The notes below the pieces were generated by a model. That model was not told the DNA's origin, did not search any database, and was given only the letters and a program-made list of their open reading frames with translations. A program made the position numbers and the translations under genes. Positions 14,318 to 26,569 of a stretch of DNA of 64,000 nucleotides are shown piece after piece (the first letter of the stretch is position 1; every line of letters begins with the position of its first letter). Source of the DNA: Eledone cirrhosa (taxonomy: Eukaryota); contig OZ024741.1 of NCBI GenBank assembly GCA_964016885.1, forward strand, positions 338,644,001-338,708,000. Direction: 5' to 3'.

Positions 14318-15246
14318 ATTATATCTTTCTCTTATACCTAAAGAACTACTCATATACTCTACTGCCTACCCACCATTTCATTCTCCATTTTGGGGGTTTC
14401 TATAAAAGAAGAAGCAGGTTCTTCATTCAACACATTTGCTACGTACTATATATGCCAATATATATCTGTCCTATACACAAACCCATTCTATATTGTAGAT
14501 GACCTGTTCTGTATTTTTTCACAAGGAATATAGAAAATATTGAGGTTTTTTGGGATGAATGAAAAGCAAACTTCTTCAATGTCCCAGTAATATACACATC
14601 ATTACATATACATTGTCAAATACTCTTGTGTCTCAAATAATTACCGATTTTCCATCTTCACCCCTCTATTATTTGGGACCCTAAAGTATACATTGTTATA
14701 TATATAACGAAAATTACGTGTCGCTGGAGATATTATTAAATTTATTGATTCAGAAGGCAATGACAAAAACGACATAATCCGTTATAACAAAAATTCCCTT
14801 TTATTTGTTGTACAAATATGGAATCGAAAATAACAAGAGAAAGTTGAGCAAGTCTTCACATCGTGTTGGCTGCATGGACGTCTTGATGCTGGTCGTTCAG
14901 TGAACTCTTTCTGTGTCTCTCTGCCTGTCAGCCAACTGTGTCTCTGGTCCAAGTAGTCCCGCAACTTGTCTCGATCCGCTGAGGGCCCTGATTGGCTACT
15001 TCAGCCAATTCACCTCTGTGACACCATTCTTCCGCCAAAGGAAAATACATTTAATCACAAAGGAAAATATATAATAATTCTGTTCACTACATATATACAT
15101 CGTTATACATACATTGTCATACATATATTGTTATATATACATTGTTATATATATATATATTGTATATACATTGTCATACATACATCATTATATATGCATT
15201 GTCATATATACATTGTTATATATTGTCATATGTACATCATTATATA

Positions 15247-17435
15247 TCATCATCATCATCATCATCATTTTACGTCCGCTTTTCCCTGCTTGCAAGGGTG
15301 GGACGGGTCTTATTCAGCACAGAATCTCTCCACTCGTCACGGTCCCTCGTCATCTCTACCGTGAGCTTCAATGATCTGAGGTCTGTTCTCACCACCTCCG
15401 CCCATGTTTTTCGTGGTCTACCTCTACCACGTCTTCCTTCAACTGGCATTTCCTGGCACTTCTTCACCCATCGGTCATCCTCCATGCGCATCACATGTCC
15501 ATACCACCTCAGTCTCCTCTCCCGTACACTACATTCTATCCCTCTCAGACACAGTTTCTCTCAACACATTTATGCTGGGTCGTTCACGCACATTTACACT
15601 GCACATCCAACGGAGCATGCTTGCCTCATTTCTCTCCAGCCGTCGCATATCCTCTGCGGTTGCTGCCCATGTCTCACTACCATGCAGCATCGCGCTCCTC
15701 ACACAGGCATCATACAACCGGCCTTTCGTACGCAGGGAGAAACCCTTCTTCGTCAATAGAGGAAGCAGCTCCTTAAACCTCTTCCAACCCGTCCTTATTC
15801 TAGATACTATGGCCTCGGAACACCCTCCTCCCATGCTAATCTGATCTCCTAGGTACCGGAAGCTATCCACCACTTCTATAGCGCCCTCTCGCATTTGAAA
15901 AATGTGTCTATCAGTGCGACTTCTACTGTCTAATTTCCCTGTACATCTACTGCATACATATTTCTCCCTACCTGTTAGTTTGCCTGCTATCCCGCTACAT
16001 CTCTTGTGTACCCAGGACCTGCATTGTGTGCATTTTATAAAATTTATGCCAGTTCCTTTTCTGCATATCGAACATGGCCATTTCCCTGACGGAATCAGGG
16101 TTTTGTCCTCTTTTCTACTCATCAACACTTTTGTCTTAGCTAGATTTACTCTCAGTCCTCTTGCTTCCAACTGCTGTTTCCATAGCCGGAATTTATTCTC
16201 TAGCTCCTCTACTGATTCTGCCATAAGAGCCAGATCGTCAGCATAGAGAAGTTCCCATGGACAGCCAGTCTTAAACTCCTCTGTTATGGCTTGGAGGACT
16301 ATAATGAACAAGAGCGGGCTGAGGACCGAACCCTGATGTACTCCTACTTGTATCTGGAATTCCTCACTAAACTCCATTCCTACCCTGACTTTACTGAGAG
16401 TACCTCTGTACAAAGTTTGCACTGTCCTCACAAGCCATTCCTCAACACCCAGCTTCCTTAGGGACCAGCAGATGACAGATCGGGGTACCCTATCAAAGGC
16501 CTTCTCTAGGTCAACAAAGGCTAAGTATAGTGGCTTATTCTTCTCTAAGAACCTCTCTTGCATTTGTCTCACCAAGAAGAGGGCATCTGTTGTACTCTTC
16601 CCAGGCACAAAACCAAACTGCATCTCATCTAGTTTGACCCTTTCTCTAATTAGTTGTGCTAAAATCCTTTCTGCCACTTTCATAACCTGATCTATCAGTT
16701 TTATACCCCTATAATTGCTCCTCTCCAAAACATCCCCTTTACCTTTGTAGCAATTTATGAGAATACTGCTGCACCAGTCTTTGGGTATGACACCACCATA
16801 TATAGCCTGATTGATGATGCGTGCAACCAGTTTAGTGCCTACGTCCCCTGATGCCTTCAGCATCTCAGCAACTATTCCCGATGGTCCGGCCGCCTTACCA
16901 TTTTTCATTTCCCTAATCGCCTCTTGGACCCTATATTCGTCAATCTCAATAGCTGGTCCCTCTGTCGGATCTACCAAGGGTAATTTCTCTCTCTCCCATT
17001 CGTTCTCCACATTCATCAGTCTCTCATAATGACATTTCCAGGCCTCCTTTTTCTGGTCATTCGTGACACTAAGTACACCAGCATCATCCCGGACACATTT
17101 ATCACCAACAACATCCTGATTTGCATTGACACACTGCCTTGCAATGTGGAACACCGCACGCCTCTGATCTTCCCGTCGCAGAACATTGGCAAACCTCCTA
17201 CTCTCTGCCTCCCTGCGTGCTAAGTACACCTGACGTCTAGCTTCTCTCTTAGTGGCTGTATATTCTTCCCTACTCCCACCCTTTTTCCAAGCCTTCCATG
17301 CTAGTCTTTTGTCTCTAATAGCCTTATCTACTGTGCTGTTCCACCACCAGGTCACTCTCTGTCTGGCTGGAGCTCTGCTCCAGCCACAGGTTTCATCAGT
17401 AGCCTGCAGCAAGTTGTCACGTAAGAACTTCCAAT
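15247..17435 (-). mobile_element. 5'-truncated RTE-clade LINE (family A): reverse transcriptase with internal PHD-like finger, one frameshift near 15555, (GAT)n tail
   Basis: 642-aa ORF with QFGF, FVDLEKAFD, GVHQGSVLSP, YADD and FRYLG motifs. The C-terminus LRWYGHVMRM...RGRGRPRKTW continues in the 15270-15494 frame. No endonuclease domain is present. Confidence 0.95.
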
Positions 17436-18090
17436 ACATATATATATGTATTATCATATATACATCATTATATATATGTATTATATATACATATCAGTGA
17501 TACTCCACTCATCCATTCTCATTTCTATTCTTCCACATTCATCAGCCATGCCTCACTCTCATATATCATGTCACTTCTCACATATACAGTATATCAACAA
17601 AGGTGAGAAATATTATAATATTTATATATCTAGAATGAAATTTATTTTATACAATTATTTTAGTCACCTTTTACTCTCTTCTGTATCAGAGAAGGCTCTT
17701 GGTCTCTAATCAACCATAATAATGCACATGTTCGTATATTTATATATATCTCCATCTGTAACTCTTTAAAATTTAAACACACACAGACAATGCATTTCCT
17801 ATATCAGTCATGTTGCTACAATAAGAAGTTCACTTTCCTGATCACCGGGTCCTAGGTTCTAACCCTACATTTGTCCCTATAAATATTTATTTCTCTAAAC
17901 TTACTCCTACATTTAATCCTGTATGTCATTTGTACATATATGCTGAACATTTTTGTAATTATATCCTAGAAATAAATTATTCAAATATCATTTTTTATCT
18001 TTAATCACTTCAATGTGTCATTAATCAAGGGTTTCTCTTGTGTAAAATGCAAATTTCCCAGTTTATATGAATTTTCATATATCCAATAAT

Positions 18091-18279
18091 TGTTTCTACT
18101 TTTGGCACAAGGCCAGCAATTATCCAGTACATTACTGGTACTTTATTTTATCGACCCCATAAGGATGAAAGGCAAAGTTAACCTCGGCGGGATTTGAACT
18201 CAGAATGGCAAGGGCCATAACTCTATGCGTCAAAGCATGGCGTCCAACCCTCTACCGATACTGCCAATTCACCGCCCTA
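18091..18279 (-). mobile_element. SINE family A with 17-bp TSD
   Basis: TSD TTCATATATCCAATAAT at 18074-18090 and 18280-18296. Confidence 0.85.
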
Positions 18280-18776
18280 TTCATATATCCAATAATCCTG
18301 GTATATATGACATACCAATCCTGGACTCCAAAAATTAAATACATTCAACAGTATTGCTGTCATTATTGATGTTACTGGTCCACTAATCTCTCTATATATA
18401 AAATTCTTTGTCTCTGTGACTGTCTTTTCCTTAGGAATTCCCAAATGGCTTGACCATATCAAATCAAATTTTACAGTATTAGACCCCGAGAGTAACAACA
18501 TATAATTTTTATTTTCATTTGGATTAAAACAATATAACATTTTATCTAAAATAATCTACTATAGACTATAATTAAACAGATATTTTATAACACGACAACC
18601 ATGACGTATATGAGTATGTGTCTGTGAGTGTGTGTGTGTTTGTTACATACGTTATGCCTTAGTAAGTTACATACACACATCTTCACGTAAATACTTAATC
18701 AGATACACAAAGAATTAAACACACGATTCGGATGCTGGTTTACACACACTCACGCACACACATTTATATACAATTA

Positions 18777-19328
18777 TCTATATATCTACATATAATATAA
18801 AATATTGGAACTTCCATCATCCTTTTGAGAAACGAGGACCTGCTATGCAATGGCACACACTTTACAGCCAGGAGAATGATGAACCATCTAGAGGCCACCA
18901 TTCTTGGAGGCAATCATCAAGGAGAAAATGCATTTATTCCCAAGATTCCTCCTATCCCTTCCTCTACTGAGCTGCTGTTCAAATTCTCAAGATGTCAGTT
19001 CCATGTTAGAGCCACTTTTGTTATGACCGTACATAAAGTTCAGGCTCAGAGTTTCAAAGTTGTAGAATTGAATACAAGAGAATCGCTTTTTATCCATGGA
19101 CAGTTATATGCAGGTTGTTCATGAGTGGAAGCACCTAGAAATCTTCATATACTATGCACAAACCCTAAAACAAAGAATCTGGTGTATCTGGAAGATTTTT
19201 TTACTGTAATATACACTCACCACAGTCTTGCCTCATACTGTAAACCAGACAAACATCTAATACAGTCATTTTCTCTTCTACCTGTCTTATCATCGGTTTA
19301 CCCGGGTGAAACTGGGTACGTCAGCTAG
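18777..19328 (+). mobile_element. Non-autonomous Helitron carrying a decayed PIF1-helicase C-terminus
   Basis: LCNGT...FKFSRCQFHVRATFVMTVHKVQAQS...HGQLY...TKNLVY matches Helitron helicase motifs. A|TC 5' end at 18777; sub-terminal hairpin TACCCGG-GTGAAA-CTGGGTA; CTAG|T 3' end at 19325-19328. Confidence 0.85.
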
Positions 19329-19734
19329 TATATATAAAAATTCAAGTAGCTATAATGGAAGTAACTTCAACTTTAGGTGGTAAATTGGCAGAGTTGCTAG
19401 AACAGGAGAAAATATCTTCCAGCATTTGATCTGTCACTCTGAGTTCTGAGTTAAAATCCTACAAAGGTCAACATTGCATTTCTTCCATTCATGTAGTGGG
19501 TGAATTTATCATGTAGATCACCAACACTGGGGTTGTCATGTCTTTGATGCAACTAAAGAGTTCTCCCGATCCTTTGTTTAGCAACTTTTATACAACTGGA
19601 TGGCCTTCCTATCACTATCGACTTAAATTGAAAAGTCCTCTCTACTCTATTAATGGAACAGATCTCTTTACTTTGAGTTGAGTGGGATAAATTTATTTTA
19701 TTTGTGAACATATATACATACATATCATATACAT

Positions 19735-20048
19735 AAGCCAGAATCAGTTCCCGTATGAGCAAGACAAGGTCAGCTGACACTGCCCACAACAGGATAACCT
19801 GTCTAACCCATGCTAGCGTGGAAGAACGGACGTAAAACCGGTGATGATGATCATCATCGTCCATCATCACCATTATATATATAGTGTAAATGTGGTTGGC
19901 ATTAGGAAGGGCATCCAGCCATAGAAACGAAGCCAGAAACAGTTCCATATAAGCAAGACACGGTCATCTAATCTAACTTGTCTGACAATAGGTCAACTTG
20001 TATAACCCATGTTAGCATGGAAAATGGATAGATGTTAAATGGTGATAA

Positions 20049-20083
<35 letters not shown>

Positions 20084-20250
20084 TTCATCATTTCATTTAC
20101 GTCCGCTTTTTCCCTGCTTGCAAGGGTGGGACGGGAACTGATTCTGGCTTGATTTCTACAGCTGGATGCCCTTCCTAACACCAACCTCATTTACAGTGAG
20201 TGCTGGGTGTTTTTTTGCTGTGGCACCTCCACGACCACTTTGCAGTGAAA
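19735..20250. mobile_element. Cluster of three RTE 3'-tail fragments (two plus, one minus)
   Basis: GGAAGGGCATCCAGC blocks, CCCATGCTAGC(A/G)TGG or CCCTTGCAAGCAGGG terminal hairpins, and (GAT)n tails. Confidence 0.7.
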
Positions 20251-20274
20251 TGATAGGGACTGGGGTCCCTATCA

Positions 20275-20420
20275 TCTCATTTCTACAGCTGAGTAAACTG
20301 GAGCAATGTGAAATAAAGTGTCTTGCTCAAGGAAACAACACATCACCCGGTCTGAGAATTGAACTCACAACCTTCCGATTGCAAGGCCAATGCTCTAACC
20401 ACTAAGCCATGTGCCTCCAT
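20275..20420 (-). mobile_element. SINE family B, 5' portion
   Basis: Reverse complement reads GGAGGCACATGGCTTAGTGGTTAGAGC...GAGTTCAATTC (A and B boxes), then the CCTTGAGCAAGACACTTT block. Confidence 0.75.
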
Positions 20421-20529
20421 TATATATATATATGAATATGATGGTGATAATGAATATATATATATAGAGAGAGAGAGAGAAATGTAGTTAATATGAAACA
20501 TTGTGAGATATGTAGTAAATGACCGATAG

Positions 20530-20782
20530 TTTTTTTTGAAGCCGGTACAATGTGGTAGAAAAATACGAAGGGCAAATGATGATAAATTAACAAAACAAAA
20601 CAAAGTAATGTTTTAACCAGTGTATTTTAGCATCATATTTCAGATATTTTGCATCTAAAAAGAGGGTAACGGTCCTGAAATATGCTAAAATACACTGGGT
20701 AAAACATTACTTTGCTTTGTTTTGTTAATTTGTCATTTGCCTTCCATATTTTTCTACCACATTGTACTGGCTTTAAAAAAAA
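20530..20782. repeat. Fold-back inverted repeat with about 110-bp arms
   Basis: 20530-20645 is the near reverse complement of 20675-20782 (e.g. GTACAATGTGGTAGAAAAATA / TATTTTTCTACCACATTGTAC). Confidence 0.85.
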
Positions 20783-20841
20783 ATGTCTTTTGCCACACAT
20801 ATATATATATATATGTGCGTGTGTATATATGTGTGTGTATA

Positions 20842-20888
<47 letters not shown>

Positions 20889-20900
20889 ATATATATATAT

Positions 20901-21563
20901 GCTAAGCATAAACAAACTAAGGAAAAAAAAATTAGAAATAAGAGGGATCAGATGTTGTTTACTCGAGAGAAGGCTACGTTGGTATGGTCAGGTGATGCGC
21001 ATGAAAGACGACAGCTGTATACCAAAGTGCAGGGCAATAAAGATAGACAGTAGCCACGGAGTAGGCAGACCCAGAAAAACCTGGGACGACATGATAAATT
21101 CCGACCTCACACGCTTACACCTCTCCAAGACAATGTCACTGGACCGAGATCTTTGGCGGTACTCAGTAATATAGAAGACCCGCCTTACCTAAATACAAAG
21201 TAAAACCTACTACAGTCAGTAGGCATCTCTAACAAAACACCCCCCCCCCCCCCCCCACCTCATCCACACCGCCCCTTTCAATGTAAAGTTATGTTGGTGC
21301 CACAACATCCAGGCCGAAACAAATGAGATCGTGTAGGTGTCACGACAAAAAACACACAGTCCACGCTGTAATGTGGCCGTGTAGGCAACACGGTAAAAAC
21401 CTCCCAGCCCCACACTGTAAATGTGGTTGGTGTTAGGAAGGGCATCCAGCTGTAGAAAACCCGCCAGACAGTCCTATGCGAGCAAGACAATCACTCTTGC
21501 CTCAAGTGGGAAAACCCCCGTGCAAGCGTGGAACACGGACGTTAAACGTTGATGATGATGATG
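20901..21563 (+). mobile_element. RTE LINE family B, 3' fragment with long 3'UTR
   Basis: RRLRWYGQVMRM...GRPRKTWDD; 3'UTR with CACACTGTAAA sub-repeats; (GAT)n tail. Confidence 0.85.
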
Positions 21564-22325
21564 ATATATAAAATATATAAATTGCTCCTATATCTGTTGA
21601 GCTGAAAAACAATTCTAAATTGACAGCTGGAAAAAATTTTTCTTGTGACATAGTCTGTTTTGTACAAATATTTGCCATTTTTGAAACTTCTAAGCATGTG
21701 TACATTATTGTACACCATGCTGGGTTTTATTTCGGGATTGGAAAAGATCCTTGAACAGGTAAATATATTTTGTCTCTCTTAATTTTTAGGAACAGAAAAA
21801 ACCTCTCCAAAGATCAGACAAGTTTTATATACTATCTCTTTTAATTGAGATAGAGGATCTCTGTGAAATTGCAGTTAGAGGTAATAAATTCATTAAGCAC
21901 TAAATATTTACCTTGCTTAACAATTAATTTTGCCTCTGGAAAAATACGCACATGAGACGCATATGGGTTTCCTTTATATTAAGGTATTCTAATGTGATCT
22001 TCCCTGTGGTTAATTTTGAGTCTTATTTTAAGATAGATTAATATTTGTATTTATATATATATATAAGGGCATCCAGCTATAGAAACCAAGCCAAAATCAG
22101 TTCTGTACAAGCAAGATATGGTCACCTGACCTGGCATTGCTCACAACAGAATAACTTGTCTCACCCATGCCAGTGTGGAAAAATAGATGTTAAATGGAGA
22201 TGATGACGATATATATATATATAAAATGTATGTAGAAATATCTGTAGGAAGGAAAAAGGAAAACTGCTCAATCAGGAAGAGAGCTGATATATTATATTAT
22301 TTATTTACGTTCATACATGGAACAA

Positions 22326-22408
22326 AAGCACTACCTAAGGTTTCAAGGCCCAATATTGACCATATCTCGTAAGAGGGATCAAAATTGTGACCTAATCTTC
22401 AGGCGCTT
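22326..22408 (-). ncRNA. Type-I hammerhead ribozyme motif
   Basis: Minus strand: AAGCGC-CTGAAGA-tt AGGTC...GGCCT t-GAAAC CTTAG GTA-GTGCTT. Six-bp stem I, intact core, GUA triplet. Confidence 0.7.
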
Positions 22409-23869
22409 GTACGAGTTTATATCTTTATTAGCCTTGAAACCTTAGGTAGCACTTTTGTTATGTGTATGAACATAAATAATATATATATATGTTTGTTTGA
22501 AACTGTCTGAAGTACACAGGGAATATGTCAAAGTTCCATCTCTGATTTAGCAGATGGTTCCATAAAATCTCAGATCTATCCCACATATTATATGAAAACT
22601 CTTTACATGGCCAATAGAAATAGCAGTCAAATTTCTATCAAATCCCTGTCATATCTTTCATTAAGACATTAATGAAAGATATGACACAGTTCTAGATAAT
22701 ATTAAAAAGATAGGATGGTTACATGTAGAATAAGACTGGAAAAAATCTCTTTGACCCTCAATCGTAGATAAACACTATGTATGTATATATGTATGTGTGT
22801 GAGTATGTATGTATGTGGTATTTATGTATGTATATACATAAGTATGTTTTCACTTCGATAATTCAAAAGGTTTGTTTACATCATACAATCTCTCCCAAGA
22901 AAGCTTCTAGTCTTTGTATAGTCCTTCGACCCAGTACTTTTCAAACAAAATGCCTAAAAAATGTATTCCTATGGAGAAAACTTCCACATTTTCTGTAAAT
23001 TTGCTTTCCAATTCCACAAGCACACACATTTGACAAATCTCTTCCGAAACTTTATTTCTTCATCCCATTAGTTTCAATGCCAAATACAAAACACTTTTGG
23101 TTCCTTCAAACCAGCCTGGTCACCATCTCTAACATTGTCCCTTCCATTACTATTAAGTAATGTGATGCAGAGCTAATCCCTATTCTTGTTAAACTCTTTA
23201 ATATTTGTTCCACCCAAGTTTTACAGATACGCCCTTGATATTCTACCTCATTACAAATATATTGAACTAGTGGTTAACTCATTAGTAATCTGTAACTGAC
23301 AAAATTGATATAAAATATAAAAATAACATTTTCTCTCCAGTAGTGAGACATCGTTTTCATAAGACTGGGGCTCCTATCATTAAAACACCTGAGAAATCTC
23401 CTATGAGGTCTACCTCATAGAAAGCCAGCTAAACTTGTGAGCTGTAATAGCACTTATTTATGAACAAAACCAACTGGCAGGAGACCCAGGGATAGACCTC
23501 AAGCAAGATGGTTAGATAACATCCATGAGCTTGGCTGGTCTCGATGGGGATCCAGCCAGATCAATTGGAGATGGTTGCATCTAACAAGACCTACTGGAAG
23601 GAGTGCCTGAGAGACTCCTTCCATCAAAATACCTAGTCATCATCTCTAACATTGTTCCTTTCCATTACTATTAAACAGTGTACTGCAGAGCTAGTCAATA
23701 TTCTTGTTAAACTCTTTAATACTTGTTTCACCCAATTTGCCCAGACACTCCCATGACATTTTCTCTCATTATAATTACATTAAACTAGTGGCTAGCCCAT
23801 TAGTAATCTGTAACCAACAAAAGTATTGTCTACAAAGTTTGATATAACTTTAAATTCTGTATAACATAC

Positions 23870-24105
23870 AGAAAAAGAAAGCAGTATTTGGAAAGGACTA
23901 TAAATGCTATAAAGGAGGGGAAGAGCAAGGACTACTAGACAAAGAAAGAAAGAACGGGGGAAAAGGAGAGGGTGATAGACTCTACACTTAGGTAAGAGCA
24001 GTGTTTCGGCTGACCTCCTCTTTAAAATCAGATCGATAGAAGCCCATCTGAGGAGGGAGCCCTGCGAGGTGGGGTGGCTGCTGCAGTGCATGTCACTGTT
24101 CACAA
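23870..24105 (-). mobile_element. Short 3' fragment of a CRE-like retrotransposon
   Basis: Reverse complement matches 62690-62950 (CCGAAACACTGCTCT..ACCTA.GTGTAGAGTCT.TCACCCTC, CTAGTAGTCCTTGCT). Confidence 0.65.
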
Positions 24106-24427
24106 AATGTGATATAAAATATAGAAATAATGTTTTGTCTCCAGTAATGATACATCATCTTCTAAATTGTCTCTTCCATCCTCAAATACTTTTTCATATT
24201 TTGCATGAATAAACAGTCTTTGTATACACTCAATATATTTGTTGTTTTATTTCCTCTTAAATATTTGTATTTCCAATATTCTTCATAAATATGGTTTCTG
24301 ATTTTAGAAAAAAAATCAAACATCTGGCAGAGCAAATTTTTTAGTTTTTAATTGGGTTCAAATTCCAAATCTAATTACTGAACTCCCTGCCTTTCAAATA
24401 AATTGACACAAATCATCTTGACTTAGA

Positions 24428-24690
24428 GGGTAGGTAGTCTAGTGGTTATAGTGTTGTATTCATTGTCATGTGGTCATAAGTTCAGTTCCTGAACTGAACA
24501 GCATGTATTTTTGAGCTTGAGCAAAATATTTTATTTTACATTGGTTTTAATGATAGGACTGGGGCCCCTATCATGTGAACTGTAACAACACTTGGGCTCC
24601 TTCCATCAAAACACCTGAGAAATCTCCTATGAGATCAACCTCCAATGAGGCCAGCTAAACCTACATAGTTGTAAGCTGTAAATTTCATTT
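24428..24690 (+). mobile_element. Composite SINE (family-B head + hairpin module + TTTCA tail)
   Basis: GTCTAGTGGTTA head, TTGAGCAA block, ATGATAGGACTGGGGCCCCTATCAT at 24550-24574, ending AGCTGTAAATTTCATT. Confidence 0.6.
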
Positions 24691-26149
24691 AATTATTTTT
24701 TCAACATGGAGTCTACAAAATACACCAGTTTTTAGTTATTGTAATCAGTTATTATTGTGGATTGGTAGAATCAGTAGAGCTTTAAACAAAATACATTGTT
24801 TTCCATCTCATTACATTTTGCCCTTCATCCTTCTAGGGTTAATAAAATAAAGTACCAGTCAAGTACTGGGTTGATTTAATCAACACCTCTCTCTTCCCTA
24901 AATCATCATTCTACTGTCTGTTGTTCTCTGGTTGCATTACTTGGGTGAACATTTGTTCAGCATATTACAACTTTTCAGTTCTTTAAAACAGTATCTTTGA
25001 GTTTTGGCCGTACCACTTCTCCTCGTGTCTTTCTCTATTGTTGATAATTTCTATTATATTCAAACAACACTTACTTTAATTACTCAAATATTTTTTGTCT
25101 TATTTGTTAACTGCAGCAAATTGACAGTCATTAGAGCACTCAATTAATTAGTTCTGGTTCAAATCCTGCTGAGATCAAACTTAGATTTTCATCATATAGG
25201 GGGTTCAATAAATAAAGTATCAGTCCAGGAGGTGGGAATGGGGGTGATGGGTGAACTGGAAAAGTTGCTGAAGGAGTTAGATATAACATTTTGCATTTTC
25301 TAATCCAGCTGTTTTTTTTTTATAATTCAAATTCTGCCGTGAGTTGTGTCTGGCAGATAGTATCAGCAATGAAAAAAACTAATGGAAACATTGTTTCCTT
25401 GGTCCAATCAGCTCAACCAACCTTATAATCAAAAACACAACATCCATGACAATCCCATCTTTTCCATGGTTTCTGTTCATGCATTTTCAATATATTCATT
25501 TTCTTTTAAGACAGTAGGGTGTGATTTTGGTGGATGGTTTAGCTGCTATATCTAGCAGGTCTAGTAATCACATATAGGTTTCCTCACTGGTTTGTGTATG
25601 TACTGTTGTTCCCCTATTATCAGACCTACTCTAAAAATAAGCCTTAGCATAATATTTATGTTGCTGTCCAATATAAACTCTACTCCGAAAATAAGACCCG
25701 GCTCATTTTTGCGAGTAAAAATAATATCAAATGCAGAGTCTTGCTAATTTAATAAATTCTTTTAATGATATTGTTTTAACTCTATAATATATATAGTTTA
25801 TTTTTTACATCAGTATAATGATACTTTTGTCGAGATTGTTTTTTTTTTTTTTTTTTTTTTTTTGTTAAAATATAAACCCTACGCCCAAATGCCCTTTTTT
25901 GAGAGAAAAATACATAAGGTATGTAGCTAATAATAGAAAATATTGTTATTGTTGTCTGTTATTAAACATAACTACAGCTAGGACCAGTTTATCAGTTACT
26001 TAGATAGGGCAAATAGTGAATTTGTAGAGTGTTTCGTATTACGTAAAAAAGATATAACAGACAATAAAAGTTAAGCTAAATGAAATGTGCAAGGGTTATT
26101 GGAACCTTAGGCAAGTATTACAACAGTCTGAAAACTTCTGATTTAGTTT

Positions 26150-26485
26150 ATATATATGTATATGTGAGTGTTAGACCTCTATCAGTTCCTATGACGAGTG
26201 TTCTGGTTGATTCATTCAGCAGAACAGCAACCGTGTATAATTAGTGTACAAGTGGCTGAGCATTCCACAGAAATATATACCATTAATGTTGTCAGTGAGA
26301 TTCAACATGATACAATGTGTAACAAAGCTGACCCTTTGAATTACAGGTATACATCTCATGTTTGCCAATCGAGTGAACTGGAGCCACATGAAATAGTCTC
26401 TTGCTCAAGGACGTAACACACCACTAGGAATTGAACTCACAATCCTGAGCCAAATACTATAACCACTAAGCTATGTCCCTTCACC
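26150..26485 (-). mobile_element. SINE family B, near full length
   Basis: TCTTGCTCAAGGAC, GAATTGAACTC and TAACCACTAAGC are reverse complements of the family-B head; the body matches 13760-13890. Confidence 0.65.
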
Positions 26486-26569
26486 TTGTTTTCATATCCA
26501 ATATTGCTTTGTTATATAATGTTTTCTACTTTGTTGATGTTTTTTCTTTGATTGTTAATTATTTCACTT

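Noticed and set aside
14966-17500. Plus-strand ORFs overlapping the RTE, and antisense ORFs over the ZNF genes
   Set aside because: These are shadow frames of real coding sequence with no independent motifs.
20340-20420. tRNA gene
   Set aside because: The A/B boxes run directly into a repeated SINE body; this is a SINE head, not a cloverleaf tRNA.
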